Source: Octopus sinensis
Lineage: Eukaryota
Direction of reading: 5' to 3'
DNA: 64,000 nucleotides
Assembly: GCF_006345805.1 (NCBI RefSeq)
Contig: NC_043021.1
Coordinates: forward strand, 14,694,001 to 14,758,000
Made by a program: the position numbers and the translations under genes. The notes under the pieces are model-generated. The model searched no databases, was not told the origin of the DNA, and saw only the letters and a program-made list of their open reading frames with translations. Shown piece by piece: positions 11,516 to 25,360 of the stretch. How positions within the stretch are numbered: the first letter of the stretch is position 1; every line of letters starts with the position of its first letter.

Positions 11516-12345
11516 TGCAGGAGTGGCTGTGTGGTAAGTAGCTTGCTTATCAACCACATGGTTTCGGGTTCAATCCCACTGTGTGGCACCTTGGGCAAGT
11601 TTCTTCTGCTATCGCGTCGGGCTGACCAAAGCCTTGTGAGTGGATTTGGTAGACAGAAACTGAAAGAAGCCCGTCGTATATATGTATATATATATGTGTG
11701 TGTGTGCGTATGTTTGTTTGTCCCCCCCCCCCAACGTTTCTTGACAACCGATGTTGGTGTGTTTACGTCTCCATAACTTAGTGGTTCAGTAAAAGAGGCC
11801 AATAGAATAAGTACTAGGCTTACAAAGAATAAGTCCTGGGGTCGATTTGCTCGACTAAAGGCAGTGCTCCAGCATGGCCACAGTCAAATGACTGAAACAA
11901 GTAAAGGATAAAAGACAATCTCATCACTGAAATCTCAAAACCATGAGAGAATGCACGATTAATTCAAAGTAATGAATAAATAAGCATTCACAGCAGGAGT
12001 GGCTGTGTGGTAAGTAGCTTGCTAACCAACCACACGGTTGCGGGTTCAGTCCCACTGCGTGGCATCTTGGGCAAGTGTCTTCTGCTATAGCCCTGGGCCG
12101 ACCAATGCCTTGTGAGTGGATTTGGTAGATGGAAACTGAAAGAAGCCTGTCGTATATATGTATATGTGTGTGTGTTTGTGTGTCTGTGTTTGTCTCCCTA
12201 GCATTGCTTGACAACCGATGCTGGTGTGTTTACGTCCCCGTCACTTAGCGGTTCGGCAAAAAGAGACCGATAGAATAAGTACTAAAAGATGGTGCTCCAG
12301 CATGGCCGCAGTCAAATGACTGAAACAAGTAAAAGAGTAAAAGAG
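11516..12345 (+). mobile_element. Two head-to-tail full-length SINE family 1 copies (11516-11910, 11993-12345)
   Basis: Both have a complete GCAGGAGTGGCTGTGTGG head and GACTGAAACAAGTAAA tail; they are separated by the rest of MITE family B. Confidence 0.85.
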
Positions 12346-12849
12346 TATTACACTTGACGAAATAATCCGAATACTAAACGGTTAAATGAAGGAATGATTT
12401 GTTTACACAGTTTTAGACATACATGGTGTATAGATTGGATCTGGCCCTGGGCTAAATAACAACAGCAACAACAAAAAAAAACATAAGAATTGTATCACTG
12501 TAATGTTTATATTTCGTTCTGGCTAACCTCAGAATAAATACTGGGAGTGTTGGGTCTGATGTAGTTGTGAAGTGTATATGCTGAGAAAGTGGTGGGTTGA
12601 AGGGTGTCCTTCAATCTGGTCTTGCCGAGGATTTGACAACCTCGCTAGTGTTGGTGCCAGGAAAAAAAAATGTATTCAGTATGCCCTGTAAAGTGGTAGG
12701 CATTAGGAAAGGCATCCAGCTGTAGAGAACAAGTAAAAATGATACGTAGAAGAACCGTTCGATGAAGGCAGTGGCAAGGGATAAGAATTGGCTCTGACTG
12801 TGACAACTGTCCTACTCATGACAGCATGGAAAGTGAATGTATGCTGATG

Positions 12850-13085
12850 CTGACGATGATGAGGAGGATGAAGGCAACGGTGATGACAATGATAACAATG
12901 ACAATGATGATGACGATTGATGATGGTGATAATGATGAAGACGATGATAATGACAACAATGGTGATCATGATGATGATGACAACAGTGAGGATAACAACA
13001 ACAACGACAAGGATGATGATGATGAAGATGACGACAACAACAACAATAACGGTGACATCAATGATGACAAAGATGGTGATAACGA
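12850..13085. repeat. (GAT/GAC/AAC)n trinucleotide low-complexity tract
   Basis: Direct reading; explains the D/N-rich, M-rich and I/V-rich ORFs here. Confidence 0.9.
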
Positions 13086-13138
13086 GAAGGGAAAATGTAT
13101 GCATGTATGTATAACTGTCAACAAAGAGAATCAGTTGA

Positions 13139-13170
<32 letters not shown>

Positions 13171-14329
13171 GTATGTATGTATGTATAAACATGAGAGGAA
13201 CATAGTGTAAGAAAAAGTGTTCAACTGTTGACAAAGGGAAATAATTGAGTGTATATATAAATACAAGTGGTGTAAAGTGAGTGTGTATATAGCGTTGATG
13301 TTTAAACCAGAGAGCTATCTATGGTCAAAAGGTCTTTCCCTTTGTGACCATCCAGTTTTTTTGTGTTTTTTGCTAAGAAAGTGTATCTACAAGAGTGTGT
13401 AAGTATGAACAAGATGAAAGAAGGATGTATTAAATGTGGATGTATAAAAGGAGGGTGTATAAGTGCTGACAAGGAATAAGAAAGATGTATAAACATGGGT
13501 GCACATAAAGAAGGGTATAGAAGAGTGTACAACAGAAAAGAAGGGTGTATAAATATGGATTTGTAAAAGAAGGGTACATGTGTGTTGACAAGGAGTAAGA
13601 AAGACGTATAAGCATGGATACAAAAGAAGAGTGCATACACGTGGACAATGGGTGTATAAAAATTAGTTGTGTAAAAGGAGGGTGTATATAAGTGTGGATG
13701 AGAGAAAAAGTACCTAAACATGTTTTTTGTTGTTGTAGTTTAGTCTGATCGAACAGACCCATAATCAAAAGCAATCCAGTCATGACATTCCCAGAGACTC
13801 CACTGTACAATGTGTCCTTCTTTTCATTAATGCAGTCAGGGAGCAACTTGCAAGAGATTTTGGCAGCTATTTCTAGCATGTCCAGTGACCACATAGAGGT
13901 CTTCTGTCATAAACACAGGGTGTGTAAAAGGAGGGTGGCTAAGCATAACTAGCAAAAAAAAAAAATAGTGTGCAGTTATGGGTGGGGGGGGGGGGATATC
14001 ACGAGGAAGTTTAGGTTGAACAGGTGTGTGTATGAGAGCATGGGTGGGTATAGGATTGTGCGTAAATGTGAACGTTGTCAAGCAGAAATGCATTTATGCA
14101 TGAAGCTTAAAGAGTGAGAAACTCGAGCAGTTCGGGTATGTCGTGATGAAGGAGAGTAAATATGTGAAGATGGTTGGAAATAGGAGAGTCAGTATGAATG
14201 AATGAGAAGAGAGAGAGAGGAGAGTGGGTGTATATAAAGGTGGCAGGTGGATATAGAATGTATATATGCTAAGAGAATGGGGTGGATAAGATTGTAACTG
14301 AATATACAGAAAAATTAGTACGTGTGTGT

Positions 14330-14505
14330 GTATACACATGTCTATATATATGTGTGTATATGTATGTTGTATATATATATATATATATATATTAATATTA
14401 TAAATACATATATATATATAATGTATGGTATTTATATATGTATGTGTGTGTATATATATATTTATATATGTGTGTATGTATATATATAATGTACGTATAT
14501 ATATG

Positions 14506-14550
<45 letters not shown>

Positions 14551-14840
14551 AGATATGTGTGTGTATATATATAATGATGATTTATATGTGTGTGCATGTA
14601 TATATATGTGCATATATATAGCTGTATATGTATGTGTGTATAATTATTCGTATAAATATATATATACATATTCATATCTGTATGTATACATACACACACA
14701 TACATGTCTATACATACACTTACATACACATACACGTCTATACATACATACACTTACATACACATACATGTCTATAGATACACACACTTGTACTTATATT
14801 TACATACACATACCACACACACACATGTATACATACACAC
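14330..14840. repeat. (TA)n/(TG)n/(CA)n compound microsatellite field
   Basis: Direct reading. Similar fields at 7575-7790, 15960-16600, 22640-22860, 23500-24740 (GA-rich), 36620-37000, 40320-40570, 41880-42670, 52100-53050 and 60560-60910. Confidence 0.9.
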
Positions 14841-15988
14841 AAAGAGAGAAAGATGAGATGAGGACAAACCAAGCAGACAGATATATGAGGTGACGATATA
14901 TGAATATGATACACGGTAAAAACTTATCATTTGTCGGTGGGGGGGGAGGAGGGAGATCAAACATTATGACAGGGAAAGGAAAACAACCCCTGAAAACACA
15001 ACTCCCCCAACTTACAAAAAAAAAAAAAAAAGAAAGAAAAACGGAGAAAAAAAAATCAATCAGTAGGTAAATGAATAAAGATAACAGATCAATCAGCTGC
15101 AATCATGGAAAGTGCATTGCAGTAAAGTAAAGTATTATATTTGCTCTCTGTCACAGGAAAATGTAGTTACACATACTGCAGACAGAACGATAGAAGGAAG
15201 GAAGGAAGAGAGAAGAAGAAGAGGCGGAGGAGGAAGAAGAAGAAAAAATGAGAGGAAAATGATAAAAATCCAATTTGAATGAAGCAAGCGAGGAAATATG
15301 GCAGAGAGAGAAAGATTGAGGAATCAGCTATCAATACGAGTTAATTATTGATACGAAATAACATTTTTAATGTTGCCCCTACCGTATTTTCGGAAGGCCA
15401 GCGTGAAAGGGGTTTTGGCTCATATTCCAAAGGCCACAGACTGCCAAAAGACGAAGAATAGCTTCTCCGTTCCATTCTCTGCTGGCATCGACTCCACTTA
15501 TGTTAAATATCCTTCCGTAATCTTATTCTCTTTCTTTAAAGCTATTGTTATTGTTGTTGTGATTGTGGTTGTTGCTGTTGCTGTCATTGATGTTGTTGTT
15601 GTTGTTGGTGGTGTTCCTAACGATACATATGTTTACTTGCATGACTGTGTGGTTGTGTGTGTACATGTATGAATATGAGAGTGTGTGTGTGTGTATGAGA
15701 GAGAGCATGTGTATGTGCCCTAGTTAGTGCATGTATGTATCTGTGCCACACATGAAAACTTTAATATGCAAATGCAATTATGTATAGATATAGAAAAAAA
15801 AATAAATAAAAGAATATATATATATTATATATATATATATATATAAATAAATATATAAAACATAAATTTATGAATGAAGAAAATTGACGGAGAAGCAGAG
15901 AGCTGTTCAGCAGATGGAAGCAAGCAGTGAATGATTAACAAGTAGCAAAAATAATCCTGAATTTTGTGTGGTGTGTGTGTGTGTGTGT

Positions 15989-16024
<36 letters not shown>

Positions 16025-17187
16025 CACACACACACATTTATTATATATATATATATTATATATATATATATAATATATATATATAATTATATATAATATT
16101 ATACATGAATGTAAGAGAGAGTGTGTGTGTATATATACATATGTGTGTGTGTGTTTGTGTGTGTGTGTATGTACATGTATATATATTGAATGTATATGAG
16201 TGCATATTATATGTGTGTGTGTGTGTATATATATGTATGTGCATGTATGTTTACATATATGTGTGTGTGTATATACATCTATATGTATATGCATGTATAT
16301 GTGTGTATATATGTATGTGTGCACATGTGTGTGTATGTATGTGCATGTACATTTACATATATATGTGTGTGTATATACATCTGCATGTATATGTGTGTGT
16401 ATATATGTAAGTGTGCACGTGTGTGTGTGTATGCACATGTATATATATGAATGTGTATGAGTATGTTTGTGTGTGTGTATGTATGTGCATGTATGTTTAT
16501 ATATATATGTGTGTGTATATATACATCAATATGTATATGCATATATGTGTGTGTGTATATATATGTATGTGTGCACATGTGTGTGTGTGTGTATTCAAAA
16601 TAAATTAAAACCACACTAGATAGAAACATCATTGAAGAATTTTGCTCAATAATTTGTTAGTTTATCAAATGTTTAATTCGCTAATCTTTATTTCAATAAG
16701 GATAGAAATTACAATACAATTATTGTTTGTTATAGAAGATGGTCTTAGGTTCCACTGATAAAAGCAAAAAAAAAAAAAAAAAAAATCCACAGAAAAAATC
16801 CCAGAAAAATATAGAAAAAGAAACGAAAGAAAAAGATAGAAGTAAAAAAATTAAAAAAAGTTGTGTGGGAAGAATAAAGAAGTTACTATCATAAGAAAGA
16901 TAATTCAAAACAGAAGAAATTTCTTTCTCTTTTATTATTAATGTTGTTGTTGTTAGGCAGCAAGCTGGCAGAATCGTTACCATACTGGACAAAATGCTTA
17001 ATGGCATTTTGTCAGCTTTTAAGTTCAGGGTTCAAATGTTACCGAGGTTGACTTTACTTACATACCCTTTCAGGGTCGATACAGTAAGTACCTGTCAAGT
17101 ACTGGGGATTTGACGTATTGATTTTCCCCTTCTCAAAAACTGCTGACCCCGTCTCAAAACTTGGAGCCATTATTATCATTCTTGTTA

Positions 17188-17419
17188 AGGCAGCGAGCTG
17201 GCAGAATCGTCAGCACGCCGGGCGAAATGCTAAGCGGCATTTCGTCTGTCGTTACGTTCTGAGTTCAAATTCCGCCGAGGTCGACTTTGCCTTTCATCCT
17301 TTCCAGGTCGATTAAATAAGTACCAGTTACACACTGGGGTTGATGTAATCGACTTAATCCGTTTGTCTGTCCTTGTTTGTTCCCTCTGTGTTTAGCCCCT
17401 TGTGGATAGTAAAGAAATA
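17188..17419 (+). mobile_element. Young SINE family 2 copy
   Basis: CpG-intact GGCAGCGAGCTGGCAGAATCGTCAGCACGCCGGGCGAAATGC...GTAAAGAAATAG. Confidence 0.85.
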
Positions 17420-18016
17420 GGCATTTTGTCAGCTTTGAAGTTCAGGGTTCAAATGCTACCGAGGTTGATTTTACTTTCAGGGTCGATACAGTAAGTTACC
17501 TGTCAAGTACTTGGGGTTTGATGTATTGATTTTTCCCCTTCTCAAAAACTGCTGACCCTGTCTCAAAACTTGGAGCCATTATTATCATTCTTGTTAAGGC
17601 AGCGAGCTGGCAGAATTTTAAGCATGCTGGGCAAAATGCTTAGTGGCATCTGGGTCACCTCTTACAACACACAGTGATGAAATGTCCCTATTTTAAAAAA
17701 CTGATACCGTAGCAACTCTTTCTTCATCAATGATGGTTCTAAGTTTTTGGGGTTGATAAATTAAGTATCAGTGAAACACAGGGGTCGATATAATCGACTA
17801 GCCCCCTCCCCTAAATTTCAGACCTTGTGCCTATAGTAGAAAGGGTTATTATTACCTCCGCCTTAGCAAAGGTGAAGGTATAGTTTTCAATTGTGTTTTT
17901 TGTTTTTCTCTGTGGACAAGATACCTCAAGAACTGCTAGATGGATTCAGATGAAACTTTCAGGGACATCACAAACTGATTAGATTTTGGAATCAGTCCAG
18001 TACCGGACATGGTTTA

Positions 18017-18017
<1 letters not shown>

Positions 18018-18047
<30 letters not shown>

Positions 18048-18540
18048 TAATAATAATAATAATTGTGTACAGTGCTCAGGTGCACTACAACTCATCTAAA
18101 GTGTATATATAATCAGGTGTAGTTTCGGCGGATTTCGGAAAGCATGAGGGCCTTAAAGGATGCAGAGTCATGGCAGTCAACAACTGATGCAGGCAGTTTA
18201 TTCCATGCTTCAGCAACTCTGAGCGTGAAAAAATGTTTCCGAAAGTCATGGAGCTGTGTTGTTTTCTGACTTTGTAGGCATGTCCACGTGTGTTAGACAC
18301 ATGGAGATCAAAAAGGTGTTCAGTGTTGTTGTAGGTGAGGTGGTTGATAACTTTGTGGGTGTTTACCAAGTCCGTCGCCAGATGCCGGAGCTTCAGTGAA
18401 TCCATGCCCAGGGAAACAAGACGCTCAGAATATGGTAGGTGTCTGATGGAGGGTATGCGTTTCTATGGCTGAATGGCCTTCCTAGGGCTGACCTGTTTGC
18501 CGAGTGTAGTGAGTGCTTTTTCTTTGTGGCACTGGTCCTA
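18018..18540 (-). mobile_element. CR1-like LINE 3' fragment
   Basis: The minus strand encodes RIPSIRHLPYSERLVSLGMDSLKLRHLATDLVNTHKVIN...TRGHAYKVRKQH, the CR1 ORF2 C-terminal YeeRL..L..L..RR...DL...TRGH..K signature, followed by a (TTA)n tail. Confidence 0.85.
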
Positions 18541-18571
18541 GTGAGATCACCAAACAACTCATAAGACTATG

Positions 18572-19190
18572 AGAAAACTACTTGGTAAAATTTGTTAATT
18601 TATTAAATTAACAAGTTTTTACCCTATATCTATAATGATTATTCCACTTCCCGATAACAAAACTGCAGATCTTTTTCTGCAGTACTATCTTGTGATGCAC
18701 AAGGTAAACTTGGAGGGAAATATGAATTCACTCGTCTATATAAGTTTGGATATGTTCTGATGGCGCTTGGTCAGAAATACAAGGGGTAAGTTTTCTTAGC
18801 ATTTTCAAATTTATAATTCTCGAAATATTATGTTGATGGCGGAAATGAATTTTTATAATTCTAATCCAGAAACGTGTCCATAATTAATCGAAGACTGTTT
18901 GATTTCATTATTTTTCTTCTTTTTACCTGTATGAGTTACAAATATTGTTATCTGTGGAGACACATTTTGTAGAAAAAAGAAATAGCAGTCTTTTGGCTGC
19001 TATTTCTAAAATTTTTGGTATGTGGTCAAACAACTTGTTGCTAAACCCTTAATTATTGTTATAATTATATATATAAAAAACAACTTTTTGTATAAGTTTT
19101 TACTGAATATGGTTCTTTTCCATACCGAAAACTACTTGGTAAAATTTGTTAATTTATTAAATTAATAATTTTTTACCCTATATCTGTAAT
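18572..19190. repeat. About 555-bp unit bounded by about 60-bp direct repeats; related to the 34290-34530 repeat
   Basis: gaaaactacttggtaaaatttgttaatt...ttaccctatatct at about 18572-18632 and 19128-19187. Internal ggctgctatttctaaa...ttggtatgtggt is shared with 34360-34400. Confidence 0.7.
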
Positions 19191-19199
19191 ATATATATT

Positions 19200-19498
19200 A
19201 AAAAGCACCATCTGTTCGTGTCCGTTGCCAGCCTCGCCTGGCCCCCGTGCCGGTGGCACGTAAAAAGCACCATCCGTCCGTGGCCGTTTGCCAGCCCTGT
19301 CTGTCACCTGTGCCGATGGCACGTAAGAAGCACCCACTACACTCATGGAGTGGTTGGCGTTAGGAAGGGCATCCAGCCGTAGAGACACTGCCAGATCAGA
19401 CTGGAGCCTGGTGCAGCCTTCTGGCTTCCCAGACCCCAGTTGAACCGTCCAACCCATGCTAGCATGGAAAACGGACGCTAAATGATGATGATGATGAT
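19200..19498 (+). mobile_element. Non-autonomous retroposon with (ATG)n tail (RTE-type 3' end)
   Basis: Ends CCCATGCTAGCATGGAAAACGGACGCTAAATGATGATG and has internal GCCGGTGGCACGTAAAAAGCACC sub-repeats. Other copies at about 7145-7320(-), 10131-10280(-), 11050-11110, 12600-12860, 26750-27295, 29445-29856, 46221-46518(-), 49380-49495 and 59630-59730(-). Confidence 0.8.
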
Positions 19499-20224
19499 AA
19501 ATGAAAGACGGAAGATGGAATATATGAGAATGTGAGAATTTTACTTATTAATCATGACAATTGTTTCAACACATCTAGCATCGATCCCTCATGGGTGGGA
19601 CACTTAATAGTCGGTTCAGGAGCATCTCGTATCGTCCATCTCCCATTTACCATATACATAACGAACACTGTGATAGTGCCCCAGCTTTACCAGTCAGCTA
19701 CCAGATGCAAACCATTCATTTTACCATATAAGTGGCACTCCACTGCTTACGATGACAAAGGTACCGGTTGATCCGATCCAAGGAACAGCTTGCTCATGAA
19801 ATTAACATGCAATTGGCTGAACACTCCACAGACAACTGTACCTTTAACATAGTTCTCAGGGAGATTCAGCATGACACAGAATGTGACAAGGCTGGCCCTT
19901 TGAAATAAAGTTTTGCCTGTTGAGTGAACTGGAGCAATGTGAAATAAAGTGTCTTGCTCAAGGACACAACATACTGCTGGGAATTGAACTCATGATCTTA
20001 CAAACATGAGCTGAATAACTTCACCACTAAGCCATGTGCCTTCACACACACACACACACACACACACTTGGGTGTGTAGTTAAGCATCTTGCTTTGTAAC
20101 CAGGAGGTTTTGGGTTCAGTCCTACTGTGCCACACCTGTGGTAAGAGTCTTCTACTATGTATCTAGGTAGACCGATGGCTTGTGAATGAATTTTGTAAAT
20201 GGAAACTGTGTGGAAGCCCATTGA

Positions 20225-20291
<67 letters not shown>

Positions 20292-20480
20292 ATGTGTGTG
20301 TGTGTATGTATTTGTTCCCCTCCTCCACAGGTGATGCACAACAACTGGTGTTGGTTTGTTTATGTCCCTATAACTTAGCATCTGGCAAAAGTGACCAATA
20401 AAATAAGCACCAGCCTTAAAAAGAAAAATATTCTGGGGTCAATTTGTTCCATTAAACATTTCAAAGAGGCACCCCAGCAT

Positions 20481-20518
<38 letters not shown>

Positions 20519-22447
20519 GGTGTGCTAAATGAAAGTTTAAAAAAATAAAACAAAATTTTCATCTTAAAAGGCAAAATATATATTCCATGGAAAGGATTAC
20601 TCAAAGAAAGATTGATATAAATCCCATAATTCCTTGTAGAATGTCTACAGGAAGTGGGTCTTCATGACATGTATGTAAGGCTACACAACCGAGCAGTAGG
20701 ACCCATATTCTGTCTCCAGCGAAGCCATCTATCTCGGGAAGAAGACCCTAAACCTGGTACTGCAAACACTCGTCAATTACACAGTGCTCCTGCTGTTTAC
20801 AGTGCTGTTGTTCGGTAAACTTAGCCGCCATTTGGTGATCATTGTTATTGCTGTTTGGTTCGAGGTCAACCTGATAGAAGCATTATGGCTGTTATCAAAG
20901 GCTTTCCATTCATGAGGATCCTGTCTCTGAGGGTGTGTGTAGGCGCATGGCCAAGTGGCTTGCATGTTGGTTTCACAATCTTGTGGTTGAGGGTTCAATC
21001 GCAGGACAGGGTGGTGCATTGTTTCCTTGAGCAAGGCATGTCCTCATCCATTGCATCAGTCAATACAGCTGTAAACGAGATGAATTATTTATTTATTCAC
21101 CCCTTTCAAGCCTAGCCAGGCTCATGGGCCCGGTTTCTATGGCGTGTGTGTTTCCCCCCAGCTGGATGGGACGCCAATCCATCGCAGCGTTACTCAAGAA
21201 ACAGGAAGAAAGAGTGAGAGAAAGTTAGGGTGAAAGAGTACAATAGGGATCACCACCACCCCCTGCCGGAGCCTTGTGGAGCTTTAGGTGTTTTCGCTCA
21301 ATAAACGCTCACAACGCCCGGTCTGGGAATTGAAACCGTGATCCTCCGACCGCGAGTCCGCTGCCCTAACCACTGGGCCTTTGCACCTCCGCAAATGAGA
21401 TGAATACCAGCTGGATATTGGGGTACCCCTCTCTGTCCCTCCAGCTGTCACATCCTGGATGTTCTGTAAGGTTCAGAGAGGGTCAAGAGGGCATCCATGT
21501 CTCCTTGTGACCACATAATAAGGCATGTAGTTTTGGGTTCAGTCCCACTGCACAGCACCGTGGACAAGGGTCTTCCTCTATGGCTGAAGGCCGATCAACA
21601 CCCTGTGAGTGAACCATAAGGAAACTGTGTGGAAGTCTGTTGTGTGTGTGTGTGCATGTTTGTTCTCCACCACCACCACTTGACAACCAGTGTTGGTTTG
21701 TTTATGTCTCTGTAACTTAGCAGTTCAGCAAAAGAGAATATAGAATATGTACCAGAGTTCATTTGTTTGACTAAAAACACTTCAAGGTGGTGCCCCAGCT
21801 TGGTAGCAACCCAATGACTGTATCAAGTACAAAATTAGAAAATGAAAGACAGGAAGATATATACATATATGCATATGTATAGAGGACTACATTAACTGAA
21901 ATATCCATCAATTTTTAAGACAATAGAGAGTGCTTTGTTGGAGAATTGACTGCTATTTCTAGCACCCTCATTAGGCCACATGGGTTAAATATTTAGACAG
22001 TACAGAGTCAAGGAAGATACATACACTGCAAGAGCTTCAAATAAGGTAGGTGTCTCTCATAGGTGTGGATTTAAAGCAAACACTATAAACAACCATCATT
22101 TATACAGTGCTCCTTCTGCTAACTGCAAGAAGCTTTACCATAGAATAGTTACTTATTGTAAGTGAGGTGCGATTAAATGTCTCGACTGTGGACACATCAC
22201 AGTGGTTTGACAGTAAGAGACTGATAGAACAAGTACTAAGCTTACAAAGAATAAGTCTTGGGATCCATTTGTTTGACTAAAGGCAGTGCTCCAGCATGTC
22301 CGCAGTCAAATGACTGAAACAAATAAAAGAATACATACATATATATATATATGATTTATCAAATTTAGTGGTATTAGCAAAGAACTATGCTTTCGCCCTC
22401 TTATAGTGTTTGTCAGAAACTGGTAATATTTTTGGAACATCAAATCA

Positions 22448-22478
<31 letters not shown>

Positions 22479-22868
22479 ACATGTATGTATAATTTCTCAT
22501 ACCTAAAGGTTTTGGGTAGTTGATTAGATATGAAGGGGAAAAAACCTGGTGTATTAATACACAATTATAACAGGCTTAACATACTTCCAACACAGATGTG
22601 TATTAAGCACTTTGCATGAAGTCACACAGAAACTGCATGCATGCATGCATGGATATAGATAGAAAGATAGGTAGATATAGATAAATATATAGAGATAGAT
22701 ATATAGACAGAGATAGACAGACAGATGGATGGATGGATAGATAGATAGATAGACACAGATAGACGGAGAAATAAAGAGATAGATAGACACAGATAGACGG
22801 AGAAATAAAGAGATAGATAGACATATATATATATATATATATATATATGTCTATGTATGAATATACAT

Positions 22869-23087
22869 CAGTGCTTTTCAAACTTTTTGCTGAAGCAGAA
22901 CCCCAAGGAAACATTCCACTGGCTCGAGGAACCCCTGTGCAATAATTTAATTGTCTTATGCACACATATCTGCACAGGAGAATTAAAAATTACTGTCGAT
23001 TTTAGCATTTTTGTAACTTCTTGCGGAACCCCTGGATTCTACTGGCGGAACCCTAAGGTTCCGCAGAACCCTGGTTGAAAACCACTG
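22869..23087. mobile_element. hAT (Charlie-like) MITE
   Basis: TIRs CAGTGCTTTTCAA / TTGAAAACCACTG and a perfect 8-bp TSD ATATACAT at 22861-22868 and 23088-23095. Confidence 0.9.
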
Positions 23088-24694
23088 ATATACATATATG
23101 TATATGTGTGTGTGTGTGTGTGTGTCTATGTATATATATGTATTGATATACAGATAGATAGATGACAGACAGACAGATAGATAGGTAAATAGAAAGATAG
23201 ATAGGCAGAGAAGAAGAGACGAATAGTCAGCCAATACTCATGTATTCCATTAGCCGTTTTTCTGTCGTTGGACTGTGGCCATGCACATCGACACACAGTT
23301 CTACTCAGCCCCTGAGAAGGCAACTAAATTGGCATCAGCATATCTTTACACCATTAATTAATACACTAAATCGTTATGATGTTCCAGATACAACTCTACA
23401 TATTTTATGCTGAAAGTGCTTACAGGTCCTGTGGTAAGACTGACCTGCCGCTAGAAACACTGACTGTTTTAATCAAAGAAGAGAAATAAACAAACAGATG
23501 AAAAGATATTAGGTCAAAATATGGCCTCGCATTATCAAATACACAGAGAGAGAGAGAGAGAGTGGTAGAGGGACGAATAGAGAGAGGATGATAGAGAGAT
23601 AAAGAAACGGTAGTAGAAGGAAGAATGTGTGTGTGTATAAATATATATATATGGCGAGAGAGAGAGAGAGAGGTAGAGGGATGAAGAGAGAAAGAATGAG
23701 ATGAAGAGAGAATAATAAGACAAAGAGAGAAGAGGTAGAGGGATGAATAGAGAGAGAGATAGAAAGATAAAGAGAGGGTAATAGAGGGAAAGTAAAGATA
23801 AATAGAAAGAGGGTAGTAGAAGGATGAACAAACAAAGAGGGAGAGAGAGAGATAGTAAAAGGGGAGAGAATGGTTGATGGAAGACTGGAGAAAGAGAGAG
23901 GAGGGGTGATAGAGAGAGGGGGAAGAAAGGAGGAAAGAGATGCTAAGAGATAGTGGGAGAGAGAGAGAGTACAAGGTAGAGAGACAAATGGAAGCAGCAA
24001 GAGATAAAGGGAGAGAAATCAATATCAATAAATAAATATGAATATATAAAAAGGAAATAAAAAAAACGGGATGATGATAATAATAATAATATGTAGAATA
24101 TAAACAAAAAACAACAAAAAACAGCGACCTTGTCAAGGAGAAACTTATAGATTGGAAATAATAACTTGGAGAATAAGAAGTGGGGATGAAAAGATGTCTG
24201 TGTTTGTGTGTATGAGTTGGGGAAGGAGGAGGTAGAGAGTATGTAGGAGAAAGGATGAGAGAGAGAGAGAGTGAGTATAGAAGGGAGGGAGGGAGAGAGG
24301 GACAGATAGATAGAGTATATGTGGAAGAGAGTGCGAGAGAAGTAGGGGAGAGAGAGAGGGGTGTCCAAGAGAGGGATAGAGATCAGAGAAAGAGTGTGTG
24401 TGTATGTGTTGGAGAAAATGAGAATGTATGTGTGTGTATAGGTGAAAGCATTAATGAAAGAAGGAAGTGTGTGCTAGAAAGAGAGAGAGGCAAAGAGCAA
24501 GAGAATATATGTGAGGGAGAGAGAGAGAGTGAGTGAACATATATGAGGTAAAGAGTGTGTGTGGAAAGAGAGAGAGAGAGAAAGAAAGAGAAAGAGAGAG
24601 AAAGAGAGAGAGCAAGAGAGAGATAGAGATGAAGCAAGCATGAAAAAGTGAGCATATAAAAGAGAGAGAGAGAAAGAAAGAGAGAGAGAGGGGG

Positions 24695-24728
<34 letters not shown>

Positions 24729-24869
24729 AAGAGAGATTGTGTCCATGTATGTGTGTTTTTCATATTGATTGTTGTATATGAGGTAAAATTTGGTGGCAGA
24801 ACATGAAATATTAACAAAACAGGAATAACAACACTTTTGGACATCACTTGTTTGTCGAGCGATCAATTG

Positions 24870-24905
<36 letters not shown>

Positions 24906-25059
24906 GTCAATCAATCAATCTATCAATTGTCCCTATCCAACTATTTATCCACCTTCCTGTCTTATCTATCCATCCATCCATCCACCCACCTTAATGTCTA
25001 TCCACATTCCTGGCTATCTATCCACCTATCTCTTTATCTATCTGTCTGTCAACAACAAC

Positions 25060-25323
25060 AATCCTTTCTACTATTAGCACAAGGCCTGAAATTTGTGGGG
25101 AGGGGACTAGTCGATTACATCAACCCCAGCGTTTCACTGATGCTTAATTTATTGACCCTGAAAGGATGAACGGTAAAGTCGACTTCAGCTGAATTTGAAC
25201 TCAGAACGTAAAGACAGACGAAATGGTGCAAAGCATTTTGCCCAGCATGCTAATGATTCTGCCAGCTTGCTGCCTTAAATAATAATATGTCTTTCAAAGT
25301 TTTGTACAAGATCAATAATAATA

Positions 25324-25360
<37 letters not shown>

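Noticed and set aside
14094-16632. Many long ORFs rich in Y/I/H/T/C/V (also 36398-37246, 40194-40660, 41719-42787, 50418-53046, 60452-60945)
   Set aside because: They are translations of (TA)n/(CA)n/(TG)n microsatellites, which lack stops in several frames.
18757-18790. CTGATGG...GAAATAC hammerhead-like string
   Set aside because: The core has G instead of A at position 9, there is no NUH triplet and no stem I pairing.
23420-24878. Long Leu/Ser-rich, membrane-protein-like ORFs
   Set aside because: They are translations of GA-rich low-complexity DNA.
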